DNA from: an uncultured Candidatus Saccharibacteria bacterium
GTDB taxonomy: Bacteria; Patescibacteriota; Minisyncoccia; Phycocordibacterales; SBAW01
Assembly: GCA_964650645.1 (NCBI GenBank)
Contig: CAZYUH010000001.1
Location: 411,032 to 475,031, forward strand
Reading direction: 5' to 3'
DNA length: 64,000 bases
Of this stretch, positions 36,548-44,902 are shown in pieces. Both the position numbers and the translations under genes were made by a program. Positions within the stretch are counted from its first letter, which is position 1, and each line of letters begins with the position of its first letter. The notes under the pieces were generated by a model that worked only from the letters and a program-made list of their open reading frames with translations, did no database searches and was not told where the DNA came from.

Positions 36548-37114
36548 ATGGCCGCCAAGATCACCGCTTCAATAGCCCTGCTTGCCGCTATCGCGCTCGG
36601 CGGGTACTTCCTTTGGCGCGGCGGCGGCCAGGACGCGGACGCTGCCGCCGCTTCGGCCCGCTTGGCCGTGCCGGACGCGCTTTCCGTAAGCACGCCCGAA
36701 ACCCGCGCTTTGCCCGGCGGCATGCGGCTGTACGAAAGCAAGGCGTTCAAATTTTCCATAGCGTATCCCGAACAGCTGAAGGTGACGCAGTACGAGGAGC
36801 GCGGCAGCGCCATGACGGTTACGTTCGAGAACCCGGACCGCACGCAGGAGTTCGAGGTGTACGTCACGCCCTACGCCAAGGCGCAGATAGACGACGCGCG
36901 CTTCAAGCTCGACCAGCCGTCGGGCCGGTTCCTCGATCCGCAGGACGTGATGGTGGACGGCGCGCGAGCGACGCTCTTTACCGGGTACAACACGATTATG
37001 GGCGACACGCGCGAGGTCTGGTTCATAAAAGACGGCTTTTTATACGAAGTGATGACCTACAAGCCGCTCGACGCGTGGCTGGGGCAGATGATGCAGGGCT
37101 GGAAGTTCATCTAG
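36548..37114 (+). CDS. Membrane-anchored PsbP-like protein (paralog 2)
   Basis: Abuts upstream stop; YESKAFKFSIAYP...VDGARAT...EVWFIKDGFLYEV...MMQGWKFI aligns with 33858-34454. Confidence 0.7.
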   Translation: MAAKITASIALLAAIALGGYFLWRGGGQDADAAAASARLAVPDALSVSTPETRALPGGMRLYESKAFKFSIAYPEQLKVTQYEERGSAMTVTFENPDRTQEFEVYVTPYAKAQIDDARFKLDQPSGRFLDPQDVMVDGARATLFTGYNTIMGDTREVWFIKDGFLYEVMTYKPLDAWLGQMMQGWKFI

Positions 37115-37128
37115 TATCTAGCCCACCC

Positions 37129-37149
37129 GAGCAAGGTTCAACCTTGCTC
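37129..37149. repeat. REP palindrome copy 1 (contains the RAYT stop codon)
   Basis: GAGCAAGGTT-C-AACCTTGCTC. Confidence 0.85.
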
Positions 37150-37857
37150 ACTGCTTTGCGTTTGCATAGGCGGTACACCCTTGCTTTCCTTAAAATCGAG
37201 CCAGTCGTTTATGCTGTTTTCAAAACTCGAGCGCGCGTCGAAATAAGCAGGCAGGCTCTCCTTGTTTAGGATATTCTTTTCTATCCTGTCCCGGCCTGCG
37301 TAGTCAGGGTAGCTTGACGCATCATACGACTGCAGAAATAAGCGGGCGCGTTCCTTGTCGCGGATTCCGGATTCTTTCCATTTCGGCTCGATAAGCTTTA
37401 TGGGATTAAGATGCAGATAAGATACGAGGTATTTTAAATAGCGGTCCTCGTTAGCGTGCTGTGATTTGAACCTTCCTTGGAATAATGCTCCCGAGCGCGC
37501 ATAACGCTTGTTGAAATACATGGTGTACGCCGTAGTGAGCTTTTGCATGAAGCGGCTCGTTCCGCCGCCCTCCCTTTCTTTTAGCAGGAGATGGAAGTGG
37601 TTTGGCATGAGCACGTATGCGCATATGTCGACAAGAGGGGCGCCTCGTTCGCACGCGATAGCTTTTTCGAGCAAGGTTGAACCTTGCTCGCTCCGGCGCA
37701 AATTTTCCATATGAACCGGCGCGATTCCGTTGCAAATATAGAGCAGGGCAACGAATCGTTCGTAATCGGCCTTGCCTTTAAAGACAGTCCTTTTATCCGT
37801 ACCGCGATTGTAAAGATGGTAATATTCTCCCGGCGCAAAAATCATGTTCCGTGACAT
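37138..37857 (-). mobile_element. REP-associated tyrosine transposase (RAYT, IS200/Y1 HUH family)
   Basis: Start ATG 37857; GEYYHLYNRG, AYVLMPNHFHLLL (HUH), YTMYFNKRY.RSGALFQGRFK, YLHLNP. Confidence 0.92.
37669..37689. repeat. REP palindrome copy 2 (inside RAYT CDS, in frame EQGSTLL)
   Basis: GAGCAAGGTT-G-AACCTTGCTC. Confidence 0.85.
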
Positions 37858-37885
37858 GGCAGGATAGTACACTTTTTGCCCACAT

Positions 37886-37906
37886 GAGCAAGGTTGAACC
37901 TTGCTC
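37886..37906. repeat. REP palindrome copy 3 (upstream of RAYT)
   Basis: GAGCAAGGTT-G-AACCTTGCTC. Confidence 0.85.
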
Positions 37907-38015
37907 GCGGGGGGGGGTGGGGCGCGATGCGGTGAGGTGGTCGCTATGCGCTGCGGCGTATGGGCAAACGCATAGCCAAACGCATGGGCAAGCGCAGGGT
38001 ATATACTGTGTACAT

Positions 38016-39044
38016 ATGGCTATACGAGTCGCGATAAACGGGTTCGGACGCATCGGCCGCTGCTTCTTGCGCGCCGCGTGGAACGACCCGCAGGTAGAAG
38101 TGGTGGCGATTAACGATTTAGGCTCATTGGACACGCTTGCGTACCTTTTAACGTACGACAGCGTCTACCGGCGCTTCCCGGGCCAGGTGTCTGTCCAGAA
38201 CGGCGAACTGGTCGTGGGCGCCAAGCATATAAAGGTGGTAAGCGAAAAAGATCCGGCGAAATTGCCGTGGAAGGACCTTAATATCGACGTTGTGGTGGAG
38301 TCCACCGGCTTCTTCACCGATTTTGCAAAGGCAAAGGCGCACCTGACCGCGGGGGCCAAGCGCGTCGTCATATCGGCGCCCGCAAAGGACGGCGCCGACG
38401 AGGCTGGGGTGCCGGTCACGGGCGTCACCGTGCTCATGGGGCTCAACCAGGACAAGCTTGCGAACGTGCAGCTTTCTTCCAATGCTTCATGCACGACCAA
38501 TGCCGCCTCGCCGCTCATCGCGATACTCGACGCGGCGCTCGGCATAGACAAGGCGCTTCTTAATACCACGCACGGCTATACCGCCAGCCAGTCGCTCGTC
38601 GACGGGCCCTCGAAGAAGGATTTAAAAGAGGGGCGCGCCGCCGCGCAGAACATCGTGCCGACCTCGACGGGCGCGGCCATAGCGGTGACGCAGGCGTACC
38701 CGCAGCTGGCAGGGAAATTCGACGGCATTTCCCTGCGCGTGCCGGTGCCGGCGGGCTCTATCGCCGACGTCACGTTCATCGCCAAGCGCGACACGACCGC
38801 CGAGGAGGTCAACAAGCTCCTTATGGATGCGGCATGCTCGCCGCAGTGGCACGGGATATTCGGCGTCACGAAGGACCCGATAGTATCGAGCGACGTCATC
38901 GGCTCGACCTACGGCTCCATAGCAGACCTCAACATGACGCGCGTGATAGGCAACCTGGTAAAGGTGCTCGCGTGGTACGACAACGAGATGGGGTACACCC
39001 ATACGCTGCTGCGGCATGTGAAGCTGGCGGGCGGGCATATATAA
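38016..39044 (+). CDS. gap: Glyceraldehyde-3-phosphate dehydrogenase type I
   Basis: Start ATG 38016: MAIRVAINGFGRIGR; SNASCTTN; NIVPTSTGAA; WYDNEMGY. Confidence 0.97.
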   Translation: MAIRVAINGFGRIGRCFLRAAWNDPQVEVVAINDLGSLDTLAYLLTYDSVYRRFPGQVSVQNGELVVGAKHIKVVSEKDPAKLPWKDLNIDVVVESTGFFTDFAKAKAHLTAGAKRVVISAPAKDGADEAGVPVTGVTVLMGLNQDKLANVQLSSNASCTTNAASPLIAILDAALGIDKALLNTTHGYTASQSLVDGPSKKDLKEGRAAAQNIVPTSTGAAIAVTQAYPQLAGKFDGISLRVPVPAGSIADVTFIAKRDTTAEEVNKLLMDAACSPQWHGIFGVTKDPIVSSDVIGSTYGSIADLNMTRVIGNLVKVLAWYDNEMGYTHTLLRHVKLAGGHI

Positions 39045-39046
39045 TA

Positions 39047-39077
39047 AAAGAGGCGGCATCATACGATGCCGCCTTCC
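39047..39077. terminator. Shared terminator between gap and convergent small ORF
   Basis: AGGCGGCATC-atac-GATGCCGCCT. Confidence 0.6.
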
Positions 39078-39078
39078 A

Positions 39079-39174
39079 TCACTTGTTCCACGGCGTTTTG
39101 TAGCCGTAGCGCCACACTGTTGTAAGTGCGAGAGCGTAGATAAATGCGCAAAGAATTAAGACAACCGGATGCAT
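39079..39174 (-). CDS. 31-aa single-TM small protein MHPVVLILCAFIYALALTTVWRYGYKTPWNK (not in ORF track)
   Basis: AAGGAGG SD 5 nt before ATG; promoter TTTACA (39249-39244)-17-TATAAT (39226-39221); downstream hairpin. Confidence 0.7.
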   Translation of the reverse strand: MHPVVLILCAFIYALALTTVWRYGYKTPWNK

Positions 39175-39296
39175 GGGATCCTCCTTATGCGTGCGAGGGC
39201 ATATCCGCAACCTAAGTTTAATTATACACCCAAAAGTTAGTTTTGTAAAGCTCTTGAAATGGGGGCTGAAAAGCGTGATACGGTAGTATATATAGT

Positions 39297-39743
39297 ATGA
39301 GGTTGTTTCTCGCGTCAGACCATGCCGGCTTCGAGCTCAAGCAGAAGCTCATCGACCACCTGCACGCCGCGGGCCACGAGGTCGAGGACATGGGCCCGGC
39401 ACGGCTCAACCCGGCGGACGATTACCCTGACTATATAGGGCCGTGCGCCAAGGCGGTCGCGGAGACGGAGGGCGCGATGGGTATTATTGCCGGCATGTCG
39501 GGCCAGGGCGAGGCTATGGCCGCCAACCGGGTGCGCGGGGTGCGCGCCGCGGTGTACTACGGCGGGCCGGCGGACATACTAAAGCTGTCGCGCCGGCACA
39601 ACGACGCGAACGTGCTCTCGCTCGGCGCGCGCTTCGTGTCGTTCGAAGAGGCGGCGAAGGCCGCCGACCTGTGGCTTTCGACGCGGTTCGAGCACGACGA
39701 GCGGCACCAGCGCCGCATACTGAAGATGGACTATGACGGTTGA
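39297..39743 (+). CDS. rpiB: Ribose-5-phosphate isomerase B
   Basis: LASDHAGFELK, DDYPDY, SGQGEAMAANRVRGVRAA, RRHNDANVLSLGAR, RHQRRI. Confidence 0.95.
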   Translation: MRLFLASDHAGFELKQKLIDHLHAAGHEVEDMGPARLNPADDYPDYIGPCAKAVAETEGAMGIIAGMSGQGEAMAANRVRGVRAAVYYGGPADILKLSRRHNDANVLSLGARFVSFEEAAKAADLWLSTRFEHDERHQRRILKMDYDG

Positions 39744-40374
39744 GATACTACCCGCGCTCCTTGTGCGCTCGAAAAGGGATTTGCAAGAGGGGCTTGAGCG
39801 CGTGCGCGGCGCGGCGGCATGGGTGCAGGTGGACCTGGTGGGCCGCAATTATATGGAGAATGAGGAGAGCTTCCCGTACTGGGAGGAATTCAGCTTCGAG
39901 GCGGACCTCATGGTGGAGGAACAGGCGCGCGCCGCGCTGGCAATGATCGAGCTGGGCGCCGCGCGCGTCGTCGTGCACGCGGCCTACCCGCAGGCGCGCG
40001 AGGCGCTCGACGCCCTCCAGGCGTACCGAACCGGCGACTTCGCTGTGGAAGCGGGCATTGCCCTGCGCTCAAGCGACGCGCCCGACGCGCTCAGGGAATT
40101 CGAGGGCTTGTACGACTACGCGCAGGTCATGGGCATCGCGCACGAAGGAAGGCAGGGACAGCCCGCGGACCCGCGCGCCGAGGAACTCGTGCGGGCCCTG
40201 CGCGAAGCGCACCCGAACCTGCCGCTACAGGTGGATGGCGCCGTGAGCGCCGAGCGCATCCCCGCGCTCGTTGCCGCAGGCGCCACGCGCCTGGTGGCGG
40301 GCTCGGCCGTCTTCGGGGTGGATAATCCGGCCGCGGCGCTCAGGGAGCTTGGTACACTAGCTAATACGGTATAA
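39733..40374 (+). CDS. rpe: Ribulose-phosphate 3-epimerase (divergent)
   Basis: EILPALL, QVD, FEADLMV, QVMGI...GRQGQ, LQVDGAV, GATRLVAGSAVF; pentose-phosphate gene context. Confidence 0.85.
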   Translation: MTVEILPALLVRSKRDLQEGLERVRGAAAWVQVDLVGRNYMENEESFPYWEEFSFEADLMVEEQARAALAMIELGAARVVVHAAYPQAREALDALQAYRTGDFAVEAGIALRSSDAPDALREFEGLYDYAQVMGIAHEGRQGQPADPRAEELVRALREAHPNLPLQVDGAVSAERIPALVAAGATRLVAGSAVFGVDNPAAALRELGTLANTV

Positions 40375-40380
40375 TTTTTT

Positions 40381-40959
40381 ATGAAAGCCCCCAAAGGATT
40401 CACCCTCATTGAACTGCTCGTTGTCATCGCCATTATCGGCATCCTGGCCTCCATCGTGCTCGTGTCGCTTAGCAGCGCGCGCGCCAAGTCCCGCGACGGC
40501 CAGCGCATTTCAGAGCTCAAGGAGATGCAGAAGGCGCTCGAGCTGTATTACAGCGACCATGGCCGCTACCCGATAAGCACTTGCGCGGCGCCCAACAACT
40601 ACTGGACCAGCTTCGACAGTCCCACGTTCTCCCCGCGCCTCTTGTGCGCGCAGGCTTGGACCGCGGGCACAGAGACGCTCGCGCAGGAGATGGCGCAGTA
40701 TATAAGCCCCATCATGGACCCTAAGAACGTGGCGAGCGATGCGGGCTTCCTCTACGTGTCCGCCTCAAACGGGCAGAGCTACTGCTTCATGTCGCACAGG
40801 AACCCGGAGAACCTCACGAACTTCCCCTCGAACTTCATAAACCCGTACCGCTGCGGCTCGGGCAATACGACGGCGCAGTGCTCTTCGAACGGCACGGGAG
40901 GAAGCTCCGCTAACGCGATATACATAGGCACGGGCTCGTTCGCCTCCGCGGGGTGCTAA
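40381..40959 (+). CDS. Type IV pilin / GspG-like protein
   Basis: KG|[20 protein letters not shown] class III signal; ARAKSRDGQRISELKEMQKALELYYSDHGRYP. Confidence 0.92.
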   Translation: MKAPKGFTLIELLVVIAIIGILASIVLVSLSSARAKSRDGQRISELKEMQKALELYYSDHGRYPISTCAAPNNYWTSFDSPTFSPRLLCAQAWTAGTETLAQEMAQYISPIMDPKNVASDAGFLYVSASNGQSYCFMSHRNPENLTNFPSNFINPYRCGSGNTTAQCSSNGTGGSSANAIYIGTGSFASAGC

Positions 40960-41019
40960 CCGCGCATTATCCGCATGCGCGATGCGCGATGCGCGCAAAC
41001 GCGGGGTATACTGGAATGA

Positions 41020-41904
41020 ATGGCGCTCACCGATAGGCAGGTAAAGGAGCTGGAGCTCAAGGCATCGGCTATCCGCGAAACCATCATAGAGATGCTCGAG
41101 GCCGCCGGTTCCGGCCACACCGCGGGGCCGCTCGGCATGGCCGACATCTTCGCCGCGCTCTACTTCAACGTATTAGAGCACAATCCGGAGCATCCGGAGT
41201 GGGAGGACCGCGACAGGCTCATACTCTCAAACGGCCATATCGTTCCTGTGCGCTACGCGGCGATGGCGCACGCGGGCTACTTCCCGGTGCCTGAGGCGCT
41301 GACCCTGCGCAAGTTCGGCTCGCGCCTGCAGGGGCACCCGGAGCGCGAGCGCCTGCCGGGGCTCGAAACGACCTCCGGTCCCCTGGGTTCGGGGCTCGGG
41401 CAGGCGGCGGGCATGGCCTACGGCGCGCGCATGGACGGCAGGAAGTTCCGCGTGTACTGCGCCATGTCCGACGGCGAGCACGACTCGGGCAACATCTGGG
41501 AGTCGGCCATGTTCGCGGGCGCCAACCGGCTCTCCAACCTCACGGGCATCATCGACCGCAACAACATCCAGATAAACGGCATGACCGAGGACGTGATGCC
41601 GCTGGAGGACTTCCGCGCCAAGTACGAGGCCTTCGGCTGGCACGCGATAGAGATAGACGGCCATAACATGCGCGAGTTCATCGACGCCGTGGGCCAGGCC
41701 AAGGCGGTGTACGAGAAGCCGACCGTCATTATCGCCCACACGATACCGGGCAAGGGCATAAAGGAGATAGAGTTCGATTACCGCTGGCACGGCGTGCCGC
41801 CGGGCAAGGGGCCGACCGACGTCGTGCCGGCCGAAAAGCAGGCCCAGGCGTTCCTTGCCGAATTGCGCACGCTCAAGGGCAAGATACAGAGCGAGCACGA
41901 ATAA
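41020..41904 (+). CDS. Transketolase, N-terminal subunit
   Basis: GSGHTAG, DRDRLILSNGH, RLQGHP, SGPLGSG, SDGEHDSG, DRNNIQING, HTIPGKG. Confidence 0.95.
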   Translation: MALTDRQVKELELKASAIRETIIEMLEAAGSGHTAGPLGMADIFAALYFNVLEHNPEHPEWEDRDRLILSNGHIVPVRYAAMAHAGYFPVPEALTLRKFGSRLQGHPERERLPGLETTSGPLGSGLGQAAGMAYGARMDGRKFRVYCAMSDGEHDSGNIWESAMFAGANRLSNLTGIIDRNNIQINGMTEDVMPLEDFRAKYEAFGWHAIEIDGHNMREFIDAVGQAKAVYEKPTVIIAHTIPGKGIKEIEFDYRWHGVPPGKGPTDVVPAEKQAQAFLAELRTLKGKIQSEHE

Positions 41905-41910
41905 TACGCC

Positions 41911-42903
41911 ATGCTTAATCCCGACCTGCATCTCAAAGACGACATCTTCAGCAAGCCCGCCATGGCCGCGACGCGCGACGGCTTCGGCAAGGCGCTCCTG
42001 GAGTTGGGCGAGAAGGACCCGCGCGTGGTGGTGCTGTGCGCCGACCTCGCCGAGAGCACCCGCACGCTCGCGTTCAAGGAGAAGTACCCGGAGCGCTACA
42101 TAGAGCTGGGCGTCGCCGAGCAGAACCTGGCCACCGTCGCCTCGGGCCTCGCCGCCTACGGCAAGGTGCCGTTCATCACCTCGTACGCGGCGTTCTCCCC
42201 GGGCCGCAACAACGAGCAGATACGCTCGACGATCTCGCTCAACAACGTGCCGGTAAAGATCGCGGGCGCGCACGCCGGCATCTCGGTCGGCCCCGACGGG
42301 GCGACGCACCAGGCGCTCGAGGACATGGCGCTCATGCGCGTCCAGCCGCGCATGACGGTGCTCTCGCCGTGCGACAGCGAGGAGGCGCGCAAGGCCACGC
42401 TCGCCGCCGCGGCCCATAACGGGCCGGTATACATCCGCCTGGCCCGCGAGAAGTCGCCTATAGTGACGTCGGAAGGAACGCCGTTTGAAATAGGGAAGGC
42501 GCTCGCGGTCTGGGAGAGCGAGCACAAGCCCGAGGTGGCGGTGTTCGCCACCGGGCCGCTTTTGCTGGAGGCTTTGCGCGCCGCGAAAGAGCTCGAGCAT
42601 ACGCTTCCCGTGGCGGTTATAAACGTCGCGTCGGTCAAGCCGCTCGACCGCGAGGCTGTGCTGCGCTACGCCAGGGAAGCCGGTACGGTCGTAACGGTCG
42701 AGGAGCACCAGGTGGCCGGGGGCCTCGGGGGCGCCGTAGCGGAACTTTTAGCCGAGAACGCCCCGGCGCCGGTCGAGATGGTCGGCGTGCGCGACAGCTT
42801 CGGGCAGTCCGGCGAGATAGGGGAGCTGTACGATTTTTACAGGCTCAGCGCGCCGCACATACAGGCGGCGATACTCAAGGCGCATGCGCGGAAGGGTCAA
42901 TAG
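41911..42903 (+). CDS. Transketolase, C-terminal subunit
   Basis: ATRDGFG, ADLAEST, GVAEQN, GPDGATHQALED, GPVYIRLAR, TVEEHQVAGGLG. Confidence 0.95.
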   Translation: MLNPDLHLKDDIFSKPAMAATRDGFGKALLELGEKDPRVVVLCADLAESTRTLAFKEKYPERYIELGVAEQNLATVASGLAAYGKVPFITSYAAFSPGRNNEQIRSTISLNNVPVKIAGAHAGISVGPDGATHQALEDMALMRVQPRMTVLSPCDSEEARKATLAAAAHNGPVYIRLAREKSPIVTSEGTPFEIGKALAVWESEHKPEVAVFATGPLLLEALRAAKELEHTLPVAVINVASVKPLDREAVLRYAREAGTVVTVEEHQVAGGLGGAVAELLAENAPAPVEMVGVRDSFGQSGEIGELYDFYRLSAPHIQAAILKAHARKGQ

Positions 42904-43009
42904 CTACATCGGGTTCGCGTTCGTGGGGGCCTTTTCCTGCCTCATAGGAATGGTGGTAGTCCGCGCCATAAACGCGCTCCCGCAGGGCATCCCGCCGGGG
43001 AGCTTTTAA
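42884..43009 (+). CDS. 41-aa single-TM small protein MRGRVNSYIGFAFVGAFSCLIGMVVVRAINALPQGIPPGSF
   Basis: ATG 42884, TAA 43007-43009; GATACT 8 nt upstream; hydrophobic core; overlaps the tkt-C 3' end by 20 nt. Confidence 0.45.
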   Translation: MRGRVNSYIGFAFVGAFSCLIGMVVVRAINALPQGIPPGSF

Positions 43010-43057
43010 GCCCCTGGCGCAATACTGGCAGGTAAAGAGGCGTCGTCGCCCATAAAT

Positions 43058-43076
43058 ATCAAGGTTCAACCTTGAT
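43058..43076. repeat. REP palindrome copy 4
   Basis: ATCAAGGTT-C-AACCTTGAT, same core with compensatory outer pairs. Confidence 0.8.
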
Positions 43077-43086
43077 GACGAGATAG

Positions 43087-43115
43087 TTGACTTTTTATAT
43101 ATTAGGGTGTATAAT
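43087..43115 (+). promoter_or_regulatory. Near-consensus sigma70 promoter
   Basis: TTGACT 43087-43092, 17 nt, TATAAT 43110-43115. Confidence 0.75.
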
Positions 43116-43155
43116 AGGATACAGGAAGTAAGAATTGTATAGAGAGGAGACTGGC

Positions 43156-43728
43156 ATGAGAATGCTGCTTTTGTGCGCCGCCCTGTGGGCGCTCATCGCT
43201 CCGGCGCACGCCATGGACAAGCGACTGGTCGGCTGCCTCGCGCACGCGATTTACGGCGAGGCGCGTAGCGAGCCTATCAAAGAACAGCTTGCCGTCGGGT
43301 GGTCTATCAGGTTCCGCGCGGCAGCCGACCTGCCCGGGTATGGGGGCAGCGACCTGTGCGATGTGGTCTATAAAGTGACGCACTCAAGGCGTACTTACAA
43401 GACTACGTGGCAGTACGACGGCGCCCATGTCAGGCTTTCCGAAAGGATTGCCTTGCAACGCTCGCTGCGCGTGGCCAAAATGGTCCTTTCGGGACAGGGT
43501 CGGCCACCGCTGCCGGTCGTGAGCTTTTGCGACCCGCGCAGCCATTGGAAGGATGGCAGGGATGCGTGCTGGGGGCATGACCATAGTGGGGATCTCCGTC
43601 AGGTACACATAGGCACGGGGGGTCACCATAAGCATTACGTCAACAGGCAGTTCATGACCATACGCGAGCTCGCGGCCTGGTCGGCAGCCAAGGCGGCAGC
43701 CCGGTCCAGGTTGGCATCTAGCCGGTAA
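43156..43728 (+). CDS. Secreted cell-wall hydrolase, SleB/Hydrolase_2-like
   Basis: SD AGAGAGGAG; signal ...PAHA; CLAHAIYGEARSEP..EQLAVG...R...LCDVVY...WQY. Confidence 0.8.
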   Translation: MRMLLLCAALWALIAPAHAMDKRLVGCLAHAIYGEARSEPIKEQLAVGWSIRFRAAADLPGYGGSDLCDVVYKVTHSRRTYKTTWQYDGAHVRLSERIALQRSLRVAKMVLSGQGRPPLPVVSFCDPRSHWKDGRDACWGHDHSGDLRQVHIGTGGHHKHYVNRQFMTIRELAAWSAAKAAARSRLASSR

Positions 43729-43746
43729 CGGACGGGTGCGAGTACA

Positions 43747-43788
43747 AAAAAAGCGCCCGCGGATTAATATCCGCGGGCGTATTCTTTT
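43747..43788. terminator. Bidirectional terminator
   Basis: AAAAAAA-GCGCCCGCGGAT-taat-ATCCGCGGGCGT-ATTCTTTT. Confidence 0.7.
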
Positions 43789-43797
43789 GGACATATT

Positions 43798-43834
43798 GAG
43801 CAAGGTTGTATTGAGCAAGGTTGAACCTCGCTCA
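43798..43834. repeat. REP half copy plus copy 5
   Basis: GAGCAAGGTTG 43798-43808 then TGAGCAAGGTTGAACCTCGCTCA 43812-43834. Confidence 0.8.
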
Positions 43835-43862
43835 TTCTTGCGCGGGAGGACTGATTATTCTT

Positions 43863-44852
43863 TTAAAATGCCTCAAGCGCGAACTGCGCGGGCGGGTTCG
43901 CGAGCATCGCTTCCAGCTGGGCGCGCGTCGGCAGGCCTTCCTGCGCGCCTATTTTCTGCAAGACCACCGAGGCGTTTGCGGCGCCCCACAAGAGCGCTTC
44001 TTTAAGCGGCACGCCGAGCGCCAGCGCGGACACGGTGCCCGAGGCGTGCGCGTCGCCCGCGCCGGTTATCTCGTACGGCTCCCGCGGGTCCGGGTAGCGC
44101 GGCACGTGCCAGTACCCGCCTGAAGAGTCGGCGCAGTACGCGCCGCGCGTGTCGTCGGTTATAACGGCGGCCTTCGAGCCGAGCGCCCGCATCCCGTCCA
44201 GCAGTTCGCGCATGTCCGCGCCCTCGGGCTTCTCCAGTATCTTCTCGGCCTCCTGCTTGTTGCAGTAGGTGATGTCGGCGCGCGCGTAAATGTCCTTGAG
44301 CGCCTCGGCGCCGAACCTCATCTGGTAGGTACCGGGCTGGAAGGCGAGCTTGGTCGAAGGCCAGCGCTTCAATTGCTCGCTCCATAGGCGGTGGTACGGC
44401 AGGGAATTCTCGCCGAGCGAGGACAGGTAGAGCCACTTGGGGCCCTCGGGCATGGCGGGCAGGGCGTAGTCGAAGGCCTCGTGCTTGACCAGTATCGTGC
44501 GCTGGCTTTCAAACCACAGCACGTAGTGGTAGTTGGTCTTCTTTCCCTTCTGCTTCTCGACGAACGACGTGTCCACCTTCTCGCGCATGAGCTGGGCCAG
44601 GCACTCCTGGCCGTGGCCGTCGTCGCCCACGTAGGCGCGCAGGCCGGCCTTCAATCCCAGCCGCGCGGCCGCCACCGCGGCATTGGCCGAGTTGCCGACC
44701 GCCGGCACCACCTTCGCGAACTCGAAGGGTATCTTGTCGCCCCAGCGCATGCACAGCTCGCAGGCCTCATTGTCGACGCGGCAGGTCACGTGCGCATCCT
44801 TCAGTCGGATAAAGTCGTCTATAACGATGTCGCCCACGGCAAGGAAATCCAT
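43863..44852 (-). CDS. PfkB-family carbohydrate kinase
   Basis: Start ATG 44852 (MDFLAVGD); GNSANAAVAAARLG, VGDD..G, N..EA, EITGAGDAHASG. Confidence 0.9.
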   Translation of the reverse strand: MDFLAVGDIVIDDFIRLKDAHVTCRVDNEACELCMRWGDKIPFEFAKVVPAVGNSANAAVAAARLGLKAGLRAYVGDDGHGQECLAQLMREKVDTSFVEKQKGKKTNYHYVLWFESQRTILVKHEAFDYALPAMPEGPKWLYLSSLGENSLPYHRLWSEQLKRWPSTKLAFQPGTYQMRFGAEALKDIYARADITYCNKQEAEKILEKPEGADMRELLDGMRALGSKAAVITDDTRGAYCADSSGGYWHVPRYPDPREPYEITGAGDAHASGTVSALALGVPLKEALLWGAANASVVLQKIGAQEGLPTRAQLEAMLANPPAQFALEAF

Positions 44853-44902
44853 ATGCACGTAGTATATAATGGATATCGGCAATAGCGCCGCATTTCTACA
44901 TT

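Noticed and set aside
13929-37114. Prophage or tailocin suggested by tail-fibre motifs, S74, excisionase-like HTH and a holin-family gene
   Set aside because: No integrase, terminase, capsid, sheath, tube or baseplate genes; fibre and Gly proteins have membrane or signal segments; the holin-4 family gene sits among housekeeping genes
37851-38015. N-terminal extensions given in the ORF track (gap; also 1138, 9627, 60063, 62788)
   Set aside because: Homology and the -10 spacing point to downstream ATGs (38016, 1177, 9843, 60087, 62884)
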